Source: a virus (taxonomy: Duplodnaviria > Caudoviricetes). Taken from it: DNA of 41,337 nucleotides. The translations under genes and the position numbers were made by a program. Below the pieces are notes generated by a model. It was not told where the DNA came from. It saw nothing but the letters and a program-made list of their open reading frames with translations, and did not search any database. The stretch is taken from positions 1 to 41,337 of the IMG/VR virus record IMGVR_UViG_3300024275_000017; one strand, written 5' to 3'. Below are positions 18,305 through 27,501 of this stretch, in pieces; the first letter of the stretch is position 1, and each line of letters opens with the position of its first letter.

Positions 18305-19650
18305 GAATTTTGTGTCTCGACATCGGCAGCAACGCTCTAGATTTCCTGATGCGCTGCCAAGACGCTGGCCATGACTGTCTTTGGTACGACCAGCCGCGCA
18401 AGGACGGATCGCGCCGGCTCGCGGGCAAGGGCATCGTGCCCAAGCTCACCGACTACGACCTCCTGCGCTCGCGCTATCTTGCTTGGGCTGATCTGATCTG
18501 GCTCCCCGACAACGCCTACTACACCGAGATGCTCGAGCCGTACCGCAAGCAGGGCTACCCCATCTTCGGCCCCTCGCCAGCCGCAGCGGAGCTCGAGCTC
18601 GACCGCGCCAAGGGGCAGGCGGCGATGAAGGCGGCCGGGCTCAAGACCATCCCCTCGGTCGAGTTCGACGACTACGATGCGGCGGCCAAGTTCGTCGAGA
18701 AGCATCCCGACTACCTCGTGTCGAAGCCCTCGGGCGACTGCGACAAGGCTCTCTCGTATGTTGCCGACGACGCGGCAAGCCTGATCCATATGCTGACCGA
18801 CAGGTGGAAGAAGAACCCGAAGTACCGCTCGGACGCGAAGCAGCACGGCTTCATCCTGCAGCAGAAGGTGCGCGGCGTGGAGATGGCGGTGGGGGGCTTG
18901 TTCGGGCCGCACGGGTGGTCGCAATGGTGGTACGAAAATATGGAGTACAAGAAGTTGATGGCGGGAGACCTTGGGCCGAACACGGGCGAGATGGGCACCC
19001 TCTCCATGTACACGCGCGAGTCGAAGCTGGCCGACATTGCGCTCAAGCCGATGACCAAGCAGTTGAAGGCGCTTGAGTACGTCGGCTTCATCGACATCTC
19101 TGGCATGATCGACTATCGCGGGGAATTTTATCCATTCGAGTTCACGATGCGCCCGTTCTGGCCCGGGTTCCACAACCACATCGCCTCGACCGAGGGCGAC
19201 CCGGCGCAGTGGATGGTCGACCTCTTGAACGGGCAGGACACGCTGCAGGCGAAGGAAAACGTGTGCTGCGTGTCGGTGGTGCTCGCCATTCCCGACTTCC
19301 CCTATTCGCATCTCACCAACAAGGAAGTCTCGGGCATCCCGGTCTACGGCTGCGGGGACCGCGAGCACGTGCATCTGTCTGAAATCATGCTTGCCGAGGA
19401 CGTGCCGGTGCAGGTCGACGGGGCGGTGGTCCGGATGCCCTGCTACGTCACCGCGGGCGACTACGTGGCCGTCGTGTGCGGGACCGGCGAGACCATCACC
19501 GGAGCGCGCAAGAGCGCGTATGCTGCGGTCAAGAAGGTGCGCATGCCCAACAATCCGTTCTACCGCACCGACATCGGGGTGGGGCGGCTCATCAAGGGCC
19601 TGCCCGCGATCCAGAAGCACGGCTTCGCCAAGCACTTTCGCTTCGTATGA
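18301..19650 (+). CDS. PurD/GARS-like ATP-grasp ligase
   Basis: IFGPSPAAAELELDR, VSKPSG, LQQKVRGVE, EYKKLMAGDLGPNTGEMG (cf. PurD D.GPNTGGMG) and FEFTMR; GTG start overlapping the upstream stop. Confidence 0.85.
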   Translation: MRILCLDIGSNALDFLMRCQDAGHDCLWYDQPRKDGSRRLAGKGIVPKLTDYDLLRSRYLAWADLIWLPDNAYYTEMLEPYRKQGYPIFGPSPAAAELELDRAKGQAAMKAAGLKTIPSVEFDDYDAAAKFVEKHPDYLVSKPSGDCDKALSYVADDAASLIHMLTDRWKKNPKYRSDAKQHGFILQQKVRGVEMAVGGLFGPHGWSQWWYENMEYKKLMAGDLGPNTGEMGTLSMYTRESKLADIALKPMTKQLKALEYVGFIDISGMIDYRGEFYPFEFTMRPFWPGFHNHIASTEGDPAQWMVDLLNGQDTLQAKENVCCVSVVLAIPDFPYSHLTNKEVSGIPVYGCGDREHVHLSEIMLAEDVPVQVDGAVVRMPCYVTAGDYVAVVCGTGETITGARKSAYAAVKKVRMPNNPFYRTDIGVGRLIKGLPAIQKHGFAKHFRFV

Positions 19651-20261
19651 GCAACGCTACCGACAAGGCTTTGGAACGCTGGGCGATGACCCAAGTCTGG
19701 ACGCAGCCCAAGCCTGTGCCGGAACGACCGCATGACCCCGGAGGATCAGGACCGATCATGGAAAAGCATCTGCCGGCTCCGATTCGCAAGGCGTTGAAGG
19801 CGACCGGCTGGGACCTGCCGGCGACCGCCCGCGCGCTCGGGATGTCGCTCGTCATGCTCGACGACGCCCTGCAGCAGACGCGCTTCCTCCCGCGCTACAT
19901 GCGGGAACTTGCCAAGTTTCCCAAGGCGATCCCCGACGAGTATCGCCGGATGACGCTCGCGCAGATCGAGGAGGACATCAAGCGCCGGGTGGTGCTCTAC
20001 CGCTCCGATGCGCTCACCGCGCTGCACGCGCTGGCCATGATGCCCATCGACGAGAATTCCATGAACAATCAGGTCAAACTCTCGGCGGCGGTGCGCCTGT
20101 ACGCCGAAACGGGAGAGAAGACCGTGGGCAACGAGATCGAGGGCACGCTGCGGGTGCTCAATGAGGAGTATCACAAGGTAGCCCCGCGTATCCGCAGTAT
20201 CCGCGAGCGCACCATCGAGTTCGAGTCGAGCGACCCGCGCGTGATCGAGGGAGGGGAGTGA
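19647..20261 (+). CDS. HTH-containing protein, possible terminase small subunit
   Basis: Fis-like IRKALKATGWDLPATARALGMS, helical core and a C-terminal beta-strand tail. Confidence 0.4.
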   Translation: MSNATDKALERWAMTQVWTQPKPVPERPHDPGGSGPIMEKHLPAPIRKALKATGWDLPATARALGMSLVMLDDALQQTRFLPRYMRELAKFPKAIPDEYRRMTLAQIEEDIKRRVVLYRSDALTALHALAMMPIDENSMNNQVKLSAAVRLYAETGEKTVGNEIEGTLRVLNEEYHKVAPRIRSIRERTIEFESSDPRVIEGGE

Positions 20262-20488
20262 TGGACCTGGTCGTGCTCATGCCTGAGTCGAAGGCCAAGT
20301 TCGCGGTGCTGCTCGATCCGGACCTGCTCTACATCGCGCTGCGCCATCTGCAGACGGTGTGCGAGGCGTGCAAGATTCCGGAATTGTCGATCACCTCGGG
20401 CGACGAGCTCCTGATTGCCACCTTTCGACCGGTGTTCCGAGCGCAGGAGAATTCGGAACCGCTCGTCACCCTGTCGGTGTCCTCATGA
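20258..20488 (+). CDS. Hypothetical protein
   Basis: Coupled ORF with GGAG RBS. Confidence 0.5.
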   Translation: MMDLVVLMPESKAKFAVLLDPDLLYIALRHLQTVCEACKIPELSITSGDELLIATFRPVFRAQENSEPLVTLSVSS

Positions 20489-21459
20489 CCATCCCCACGA
20501 TCTACGACTGGCTCTCGCCGCAGCAGCGGGCGGATGTGGCGAACCGCGCGCAGCAGGTCGACGTGTCGGGAGCGGTGCAAAGTGCCATCAACTACGTCGG
20601 CAACAACCGCGGCTCCTCGCCGATGGGCATTCTCTACGCGCCGGCGGGAACCTACCGGCTCGACCATCAAATCTTCTGCCCGTACCCGATCAGCATCGTC
20701 GGCGCGGGGCAGGGCTTGTCGTGGATGACCCCGAGCAATACCGAGTTCGCCTGGTACGGCGGCAACGTGACAATGCTGCACTGGGGCCGCACCGATGGGA
20801 GTTTCCCCATGTGCGGGGGCGGGTTGAGCCGGATCGCGCTCAACGGGCGGGCCACGGCATCGACCTGTCTCAAGGTGATCGACGCCAGCAACTACGTGAT
20901 GGAATCGCTCTACTTGGCTTCCGGCACGCGCTGCGGACTCGAACTCACCAACACGAATACGCAGCCCAACCCGTCCTTCGGCTTCCAGTGGCGCAACATC
21001 GACATCATCGTCCGGGGCGGGGGAACGGACAGCGCCGACGGCATCTGGATGCACACGCCGGGGCCGATCACGGGACCCTCCGGGGTGGCGAAGGGCATCT
21101 TCGACGGCATCAAGATTCAGCACGCCAACGGCTGCGGCCTGCACGTCGACGGCGGCGACAATCACCAGTGGAACAACTTCTGGTCGTTCAGGAGCGCGCA
21201 GGAAACCGGCCCGGGCATCTGGTTGGCGCACGTCGGCGACGACATGACCGAGGGCGGTCACTGTTTCATCAATGCGTGCGCCAACGGGGGCGTGGTGGTC
21301 GAGTACGACGGGATGACCAACTTCGGCACGGTGTTCATCAATTACAACGACTACGATCTGCAGCCGAACGCGCCGCCCTTCGGCGGGGCCGGGGTGCCGA
21401 GCATCCGCGCGTGGACGACCAAGGGCAAGTATTACGGCGCCCCGCTTGATCCGACATGA
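20485..21459 (+). CDS. Pectate-lyase-like beta-helix protein (tailspike/depolymerase)
   Basis: DVSGAVQSAIN...LYAPAGTYRL...ISIVGAG N-cap followed by beta-helix rungs. Confidence 0.75.
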   Translation: MTIPTIYDWLSPQQRADVANRAQQVDVSGAVQSAINYVGNNRGSSPMGILYAPAGTYRLDHQIFCPYPISIVGAGQGLSWMTPSNTEFAWYGGNVTMLHWGRTDGSFPMCGGGLSRIALNGRATASTCLKVIDASNYVMESLYLASGTRCGLELTNTNTQPNPSFGFQWRNIDIIVRGGGTDSADGIWMHTPGPITGPSGVAKGIFDGIKIQHANGCGLHVDGGDNHQWNNFWSFRSAQETGPGIWLAHVGDDMTEGGHCFINACANGGVVVEYDGMTNFGTVFINYNDYDLQPNAPPFGGAGVPSIRAWTTKGKYYGAPLDPT

Positions 21460-21545
21460 CCGCATGGCGCCACTCACTCCATCCCTGCTCCGTATGTCCA
21501 CTCGCCCAGCAAAAGTTTGTAGCCTGCAATGTGGATTAATCCATC

Positions 21546-22043
21546 ATGGCCAAACGAAGGCGTCGTCGGCCGCCGGTGATCGACCCGACGGCAAATGTCA
21601 TCGCGCTGTCGCAGGCCGCGAACAAGCGGGTGGACGACTTGAGTGCGGCAGCGGACGCCTTGGAGCGCGAACGCATACGCAGAGTCGAGGACTTGTCATT
21701 CTTGAGGGCCGAACATAATCGGCAGATCATGGACATCCACGCTCACCACGACGAGCAACTGCACGATATGGAAATGCGGGCGATCAACGGGCTGGGTCAG
21801 CGCACGATGGCGCTGGAGAAGTCGAGCTACGAGTCCTCGGGCAAGGGGCAGGGCATCAGCGCGACATGGGCAGCGGTTCTTGGAGCGGCAGGACTCGCGA
21901 GCACGCTCATCCTGATCGGGCTGTTCGTGTTCGGCGGGCGCGGCAACAACACAACGCCGAGCGCGCCGCAGCAACCAACCTATAGTCCGGCCGCGCCTGG
22001 GACAATGGTCCCGAGCCAACCCACGCAGCCGGCGGCACGCTGA
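21546..22043 (+). CDS. Coiled-coil membrane protein (lysis-region)
   Basis: Coiled coil, one C-terminal TM helix and a Pro-rich tail. Confidence 0.55.
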   Translation: MAKRRRRRPPVIDPTANVIALSQAANKRVDDLSAAADALERERIRRVEDLSFLRAEHNRQIMDIHAHHDEQLHDMEMRAINGLGQRTMALEKSSYESSGKGQGISATWAAVLGAAGLASTLILIGLFVFGGRGNNTTPSAPQQPTYSPAAPGTMVPSQPTQPAAR

Positions 22044-22222
22044 TGGCGAAGAAACCTGCCCCGTCCAAGCTCCAGACGACCGTGCCGGGGCAGGTTGCGG
22101 TCGAGCGCGCCCGGGCACTGCTCGCGATCGAGCGGGCGACGGAGGCGGCCAAGCTCGCGGCCAATCCCGCCGAGGCGAGCCGCATGTTCATCGCCGTGTG
22201 CAAGCGCAACATGGCCATTTGA
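22043..22222 (+). CDS. Small hypothetical protein (59 aa)
   Basis: TGATG coupling; MAKKPAPSKLQTT...; below the ORF-track cutoff. Confidence 0.45.
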   Translation: MAKKPAPSKLQTTVPGQVAVERARALLAIERATEAAKLAANPAEASRMFIAVCKRNMAI

Positions 22223-22233
22223 AGGAGGCAAGC

Positions 22234-22440
22234 ATGGGACTCGGACAAGTCGTACTGATTCTGCTCTTGGTCGGCATCGGCCTCGGTCTGCTTAACAAGT
22301 TCGGCCCGGATTACCTCAGTGTCGATGCGAAAATCCTACGCATCATCAACATTCTGGTAATCCTCGCCGTGGTGTTCTGGCTGTTGTTCCTGTTCGGCGT
22401 GTTCGATATGTTCAACGCCATCCACGTCGGCAAACGATGA
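22234..22440 (+). CDS. Two-TM small membrane protein (Thivi_2564-like, holin candidate)
   Basis: GGAGG RBS; two hydrophobic helices, IINILVILAVVFWLLFLFG. Confidence 0.6.
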   Translation: MGLGQVVLILLLVGIGLGLLNKFGPDYLSVDAKILRIINILVILAVVFWLLFLFGVFDMFNAIHVGKR

Positions 22441-22571
22441 TGGACACCGACGACTTGCTGCGCGAGTTGCTCTGTCGGCTGCTGTGCCGACCCAAACCCC
22501 CTAAGTCGCTTGCTACGCGGTGGCGGCTTCAGGTTGGCTCACTCCGCGTATCCTTCTTTGGAGATTTCACC

Positions 22572-22877
22572 ATGCAACTGCCTGACGACAAGACTGTAGT
22601 GGCAACCGTTTCTTTCGTGGACGCCAAGGGCAAGCCGGCCAAGGTCGACGGTGCACCGGTATGGGCGAGCGACAACGAAGCCGTGGCAACCGTCGTTGCC
22701 GATGCGACCGGCCTGACCGCCGTCGTCACCCCGGTGGACATCGGCACGGCGCAGATCAGCGTGACCGCCGACGCCGATCTTGGTGCCGGCGTGGTCGAGC
22801 TCATCGGTCTCGGCACGGTGGAAGTCATCGGCGGCCAAGCGGCCACGGCGGTCATCAATTTCGGCGAACCGTCTTGA
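22572..22877 (+). CDS. Ig-like (Big_2-type) domain protein
   Basis: VWASDNEAVATV...GTAQISVTA motif; GGAG RBS (alternative start at 22437). Confidence 0.65.
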   Translation: MQLPDDKTVVATVSFVDAKGKPAKVDGAPVWASDNEAVATVVADATGLTAVVTPVDIGTAQISVTADADLGAGVVELIGLGTVEVIGGQAATAVINFGEPS

Positions 22878-22937
22878 TGGGACCGCTGCCGATCGGTTGG
22901 TTCGACGTGAACTGCACCACCACGACGGCGGGCTAGG

Positions 22938-23360
22938 ATGGCCTTGCCGCGGGGAGTCAGGAACCGCAATCCGTACAACCTGCGCTACAACGCCGGTGTG
23001 GCCAAGTATCACGGCTGCACCGGCAAGGATGAGGGCGGGTACGCCATCTTTGACACGCCCCAGCACGGGATCAGGGCAGCGATGCTGAATCTACAGTCCT
23101 ACGCGGGCAAGGGGATCGACACGGTGCGCGGCATCATTACCCACTGGGCGCCGGCCTCTGATGGCAACAACGTCGCGGCCTACGTCAAGGATGTGACCGG
23201 CAGGACGACGTGGAACGCCGACGAGCATCTTGATCTTGGCGACCCTGGTGTGCTACTGCACTTGGGGCGGGCGATGATCTGGCACGAAAACGGGCAGCAA
23301 CCGTACACAGAGGCGGTGCTGAAAGAAGGGATCAACGAGGCGCTAGGAGCAGAACAATGA
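22938..23360 (+). CDS. Lysozyme-like endolysin (P5-like family)
   Basis: RGVRNRNPYNLR, FDTPQHGIRA, IITHWAP..NN..AY and AMIWHENG motifs. Confidence 0.75.
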   Translation: MALPRGVRNRNPYNLRYNAGVAKYHGCTGKDEGGYAIFDTPQHGIRAAMLNLQSYAGKGIDTVRGIITHWAPASDGNNVAAYVKDVTGRTTWNADEHLDLGDPGVLLHLGRAMIWHENGQQPYTEAVLKEGINEALGAEQ

Positions 23361-23845
23361 GACTCGTACTGTACGTCGCCGTCGCCTTCACGCTCGGCCT
23401 GGTGCTGCTCACCTCCGGCTGCGCCATGTTCGGGGCGCCTACCGGCATGTCGGCCGACCAACTCTCGGCCTACGCCAAGGACAAGAACAGTTCCGCCGTA
23501 TGCTGGACCGTACTCGGCCCGGGCTGGACCTCGCACGTGGTGGCCGTGAACTTCGATGAAACCCGCTATGCCGGGGGCACGATCACAGTCAACCCGGACT
23601 GCGCGGCGACGATCACCTCAGAGGTCGTGCCCGCCATCCCGCGCCCGGCCCGGGTGCCCCCGGTGGTGGTTGCGCCCCCGGTCGTGCCAGCGCCCACCGT
23701 GGGACCGGCGACGAGCCCGCTGCCGCCGTTCGTGCCCGCAGTGACCTACGCGATGTCGAGCGACGGCAACTGCATCAGGACCGAGCGGGACAGCTCGGGG
23801 CGGGTGACGGCCGCGGCGACGGTTGACAAAGCCCGCTGCCAATGA
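23357..23845 (+). CDS. Lipoprotein
   Basis: Signal peptide with lipobox LTSGC; Pro-rich region; follows the endolysin. Confidence 0.7.
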   Translation: MRLVLYVAVAFTLGLVLLTSGCAMFGAPTGMSADQLSAYAKDKNSSAVCWTVLGPGWTSHVVAVNFDETRYAGGTITVNPDCAATITSEVVPAIPRPARVPPVVVAPPVVPAPTVGPATSPLPPFVPAVTYAMSSDGNCIRTERDSSGRVTAAATVDKARCQ

Positions 23846-24126
23846 GCGCGCTACGCCAATCCAGCGATCGCCCGACCAGCAAGGTCATTGCCTCTACGAC
23901 TGCTGCAACGGCGGTGGCGACGATTGTTGCGTGGGTGCTCAAGCAGTGGTTCAAGATCGAAGTGCCGACGGATGTTGCCATCGCAGTCACATCGTTGCTC
24001 ACCGGCGTGTTCGTCGGGGTAGCGACCTTTGTGGCCGGCTACTTTACCCCGCCAGCCGCCCGAGACACTGTGCGCGAGGTCGTGCCGGGGCCGCTTGCCC
24101 CTGATCCGCCCAAGGAGAAGCCATGA
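23842..24126 (+). CDS. Two-TM membrane protein (holin candidate)
   Basis: Two hydrophobic helices and a charged C-terminus. Confidence 0.6.
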   Translation: MSALRQSSDRPTSKVIASTTAATAVATIVAWVLKQWFKIEVPTDVAIAVTSLLTGVFVGVATFVAGYFTPPAARDTVREVVPGPLAPDPPKEKP

Positions 24127-24680
24127 AACGCCTAGCCCTGTTGCTCTGCCTCGCCGCGAGCGCGGCATGGGCGGTAAGCACCATCACCCTGCAACCGGGG
24201 GAGTCGATCACCGTCACCGCCGCGCCGGCCTCGAGCGGAGGGACCACGCCCCCGAGCGGAGGCGGTGGTACGCCGGCGCAGCCGATCCCCGGCGTGCCCA
24301 TGACGCTCACCCTGGACGGCGTGGTGCGCGACACCAACGGGCTCAATACGAGCCAGATGACGGCGGTGGGCAGCTTCGTCGTGCCCAACCGGGTCGGGAT
24401 GTCGAGCCAGTTCAAATCGTTCGAACACGGTCAGGCGAGCCTGTGGCGCTGGGGCTGGCTCACCCGGGACCCGTCCACCATTGATGCCCAGCACCCGCAG
24501 GCGCAGGGGACGGGGATCAACCTGTCCTTCATTATTGGCGTGCAGCGGCAGGGCTATGTGACCGTGCAGCCCGGGGAAGTGATTTTCATTGTGCTGCGCA
24601 ACCAGAAGTTCAATGGCAGCCCATCCTGCACGGCAGGATTGGCGTGTGACACGGGGTATAGCGTGGACGTGCCGAGTTAG
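24123..24680 (+). CDS. Secreted protein with signal peptide
   Basis: MKRLALLLCLAASAAWA| signal, P/G linker and a beta-rich domain. Confidence 0.65.
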   Translation: MKRLALLLCLAASAAWAVSTITLQPGESITVTAAPASSGGTTPPSGGGGTPAQPIPGVPMTLTLDGVVRDTNGLNTSQMTAVGSFVVPNRVGMSSQFKSFEHGQASLWRWGWLTRDPSTIDAQHPQAQGTGINLSFIIGVQRQGYVTVQPGEVIFIVLRNQKFNGSPSCTAGLACDTGYSVDVPS

Positions 24681-24722
24681 GAATCGCCCTGCGGCTTGTC
24701 CAACTTGACCGCGAATGACGTG

Positions 24723-25175
24723 CTAAATAGGGCGACGAACGGAATCCATGCCCATCCGTAATGCTCGGTGATGACCAAGTAGGTCCCGGCGGCCAGTGAT
24801 GCAAGGTCGACCGTTAGCATGTAAATCCAAGGCATCAACGCTTTCACGCCCCGCCCCTCTGCGCATCTTCCTGATCCATCCCTGCGGCGGCGCTCGGCGG
24901 CGGGGACTGCGCGGCGAGGGCGATAAGGTCGTTTCTGATTCGGTCATGGACCGCAAATCCGAGGCCGCCTTTCTGTCCATCCATTCCAAGGTATTTCTGA
25001 CCTGAGCAAGCGCGGTCTCGGCGCGCTCGGCGCGCAATAGCCGTTCTTCCGCAAGCGCATCCATACGCAACGCATAATCCTCCTTCTCCGCGACCTGCCG
25101 CGCGAGCGAGCGGATTTCCTCGGCCATTTCGTCAGGCGTGGCGTTGGCAATGAATTGTTCGATGCGTTCATCCAT
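24723..25175 (-). CDS. Hypothetical coiled-coil protein
   Basis: Last gene of the leftward operon; the 3' half is less certain. Confidence 0.5.
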   Translation of the reverse strand: MDERIEQFIANATPDEMAEEIRSLARQVAEKEDYALRMDALAEERLLRAERAETALAQVRNTLEWMDRKAASDLRSMTESETTLSPSPRSPRRRAPPQGWIRKMRRGAGRESVDALDLHANGRPCITGRRDLLGHHRALRMGMDSVRRPI

Positions 25176-25178
25176 CCC

Positions 25179-25367
25179 TCACCCCCTCAGCGCAGCCTGC
25201 GCCGCCGCGACAATCGCCCGGTCCAACCAGCGCCGCAACTGATCGTCAGCATCCCCCTGCTCGCCGATCAAATCCCGCGCCCGCTGCCAGCGCGAGCCGG
25301 CCAGCGCCTCGTCTATCGCGCGCCGGCGCACGTCGCGGTCGGTCTGCCACTCGGCATAGTCGATCAT
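25179..25367 (-). CDS. Hypothetical protein
   Basis: Coupled small ORF. Confidence 0.55.
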   Translation of the reverse strand: MIDYAEWQTDRDVRRRAIDEALAGSRWQRARDLIGEQGDADDQLRRWLDRAIVAAAQAALRG

Positions 25368-25573
25368 GGCTTGTCCAGTGCGGCGCGGGCGGCGTCGTAT
25401 TCTCGCGTTGTGTGCATCCTATCCGCCGCCGCGATCACGTCGAGCAGGCGCAGGATCGTCTGCGGGTCGCAGGCTTTAGCAAACGTTGGATGATGATGCC
25501 ACGGGCCGGGCATTGCTTTCATCGCCAGTTCGCGCAGGCGCGCGAGCGTGTCGGTCTTGGTGTCGGTGGTCAT
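25364..25573 (-). CDS. Hypothetical protein (Ead/Ea22-like GPW...ACDPQTILRLLD pattern)
   Basis: LRELAMKAMPGPW and A.P.T.L.LLD pattern common in phage early proteins. Confidence 0.55.
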   Translation of the reverse strand: MTTDTKTDTLARLRELAMKAMPGPWHHHPTFAKACDPQTILRLLDVIAAADRMHTTREYDAARAALDKP

Positions 25574-25622
25574 GCCTGTTCCTTCTCGCGCCAGTCCGTC
25601 TCAGCGCGCGGCGGCATCGGCG

Positions 25623-25943
25623 TCAAGCCCCGGGCCATCCGAACAGAACATTGCCCATGCTCGACAGCGGAGCGCCTGCTTGTTGCATGTTGTACAAGCC
25701 GGCCAAAGCCTGCTGCATGTTCGACTTATTCTTGTCGGCCTCCTTGATCGCTTCGGGCTCAAGTTCCTCCCAATGGCGCTCGGCATAGGCAAGCACCAAG
25801 TCCTTGCGCCGATCGATGGCTTCGCGCTCCTTGCGATGGGGCTGGCACAAGTGCAGCCAGCGCCGCTCGGTTTTCACCGGCAGGAAGTACACGCCACATA
25901 CGTCGCACACGTCCTGCTCTGGACCTCTGCGGAATATGCTCAC
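25623..25943 (-). CDS. Hypothetical protein with CxxC...CxxH zinc motif
   Basis: CDVCG...LCQPH. Confidence 0.55.
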   Translation of the reverse strand: MSIFRRGPEQDVCDVCGVYFLPVKTERRWLHLCQPHRKEREAIDRRKDLVLAYAERHWEELEPEAIKEADKNKSNMQQALAGLYNMQQAGAPLSSMGNVLFGWPGA

Positions 25944-26317
25944 GTCGCCGCCTCCATCGTCGCGATGCCCTCTTGGGCGCAGAACGCCTCGATCTGGTCG
26001 AGGTACTCGGCAAACTCGCCCACCTTGAGATTGGCCGTCGATTGCAACACGGCGTATGCCGCGCCTTCGATATTCACGATCTGGCGCGGCAGGAACTTGG
26101 CCCGCAGATCGCGATGAACCGATTCGGCATCATCGCCGGTATGATCGGCGATGCGCGCTACTAACGACCAGTATTTCGCGTTCTCGTTCAACGTGCGTGT
26201 GGCCTTGTACGGCCGGATCAACACTTCCAACGGTGGGTCGGCCAGAGCGCATTCGCCAACCGCCTCCATCGCCCGGGTGCGGATGGCACTGTCGCGCAGG
26301 ACGAAGCGGCGGATCAT
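25940..26317 (-). CDS. ninB: NinB/Orf-like recombination protein
   Basis: EVLIRPYKATRTLNENAKYWSLVARIA...STANLKVGEFAEYLDQIEAF. Confidence 0.75.
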   Translation of the reverse strand: MIRRFVLRDSAIRTRAMEAVGECALADPPLEVLIRPYKATRTLNENAKYWSLVARIADHTGDDAESVHRDLRAKFLPRQIVNIEGAAYAVLQSTANLKVGEFAEYLDQIEAFCAQEGIATMEAAT

Positions 26318-26571
26318 CAGTATGGGACGTCGTCGTCGATGTCGATCGGTGCCGCGCGACGCTGTGCCGGCGCTGGCGCTGCGGTTGGACGGTCGTCCTT
26401 GGACTTAACCGACAGCGACATGAACTTGCCGGCCTTCCCTTCCTTGATCCAAGCGGCCAGCTCGTACTCTGTTCCGCCCACGTCGATCTTGCCGGTGTAA
26501 TCCGGTTGGTTGTCGCGTTCCTTGCGGTTGTTCTTGAATAGCACGCCGCGATTGGTGTTGTCGTAGCTCAT
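26317..26571 (-). CDS. Single-stranded DNA-binding protein (DUF736-like)
   Basis: GVLFKN...PDYTG.I...AAW...FMSLSV and acidic tail DDDVPY. Confidence 0.75.
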   Translation of the reverse strand: MSYDNTNRGVLFKNNRKERDNQPDYTGKIDVGGTEYELAAWIKEGKAGKFMSLSVKSKDDRPTAAPAPAQRRAAPIDIDDDVPY

Positions 26572-26573
26572 GG

Positions 26574-27308
26574 TTAGCTCGCTAGGTCTTTGGCGGTCGC
26601 GAGCGGCGGCAGCATGCTGACGACCTTGGTGGTGCGCGCCGCGGCTTCGTCACTCTGCTGGCGCTTGATGGCGGCGCGCACGTCGCTCGGCAGCAGGCTC
26701 CACAACGCCAGCTTTTCCTCAGTGTTGAACCGCTGCTCGTTGATGTATCCCAACAGGTCGCCCAAGGGGAACATGCGCTGGATCGTTGCCGCGTGCGAGC
26801 GCAGCCAATCCTTGCTCTCGTCGCTCATTTCCTCGAAGGCATCCTTCGCCGTCTGCGTTGCCGTGTTCGGGCGCTCGGGTGCCGCCGCATTGGCATCCTT
26901 CTCGCCCCCCTTCTTGCCGTCGTCGTCCTCGCTCGGCAGCAGTGCCATGCTTTGCAGGCCGTAGCGCTTGCCGTAGGTGATAGCGCTGCCGTACGCCTGC
27001 GGGGTGAGGGCTGCGACCGGGATGAAGGTTTCCTCGCTGATCCACTGCCCGGAAGTGTGCAGCAGCATGGTGGTCACGATGACGCCCTGTGTTGCCGCTC
27101 CCGGGCACTGGATGACGGCCAGCCCATTATCGTTGAGCGGCTTCTTGACACACTCGATCACCGAGGCCAAGTCGGCATAGTTGTACTCGTAGCCCTTGCC
27201 GGACTTGGTCTCGATCTTCCCGGTCTTGTCCTTGTGCACGGCCCCGATCGCCGCCTGCGCCTTGACGAGAGCTGCGGCGAGTTCGTGAATGCTATCGCTC
27301 GTTTTCAT
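26574..27308 (-). CDS. erf: ERF-family single-strand annealing recombinase
   Basis: YADLASV, LLHTSGQWI, PQAYGSAITYGKRY and EDDDG motifs. Confidence 0.9.
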   Translation of the reverse strand: MKTSDSIHELAAALVKAQAAIGAVHKDKTGKIETKSGKGYEYNYADLASVIECVKKPLNDNGLAVIQCPGAATQGVIVTTMLLHTSGQWISEETFIPVAALTPQAYGSAITYGKRYGLQSMALLPSEDDDGKKGGEKDANAAAPERPNTATQTAKDAFEEMSDESKDWLRSHAATIQRMFPLGDLLGYINEQRFNTEEKLALWSLLPSDVRAAIKRQQSDEAAARTTKVVSMLPPLATAKDLAS

Positions 27309-27501
27309 AGACGTTCACCCATTCGATGTGTGTGTTGCGGAAGGCGTCGATCTTGTCGGCGGCAACCCGCAAGATCGCTCGCGTGAACTCGCCATGCTCG
27401 GTGCGTGAGAGCCGCTGCAATTCCTCGATCGCATCGGCCAAGCCATCGGCGTAGGCGCCCTTCTGCTCGTCCGTCATTTTGGCGTAGTCGTGCATGGTCA
27501 A
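27292..27501 (-). CDS. Hypothetical protein
   Basis: Coupled small ORF. Confidence 0.5.
   Translation of the reverse strand: MTMHDYAKMTDEQKGAYADGLADAIEELQRLSRTEHGEFTRAILRVAADKIDAFRNTHIEWVNVYENER

Noticed and set aside
11269-19635. Long minus-strand ORFs (11269..12492, 15315..17027, 16706..17803, 18337..19635)
   Set aside because: Shadow frames typical of high-GC coding DNA; the plus-strand genes have motifs and coupled starts.
18301-19650. purD as an auxiliary metabolic gene
   Set aside because: Substrate-binding motifs are altered and the context is the virion module, so no gene symbol was assigned.
316-24680. Diversity-generating retroelement or invertible fibre cassette
   Set aside because: No reverse transcriptase, invertase or template/variable repeat pair was seen.
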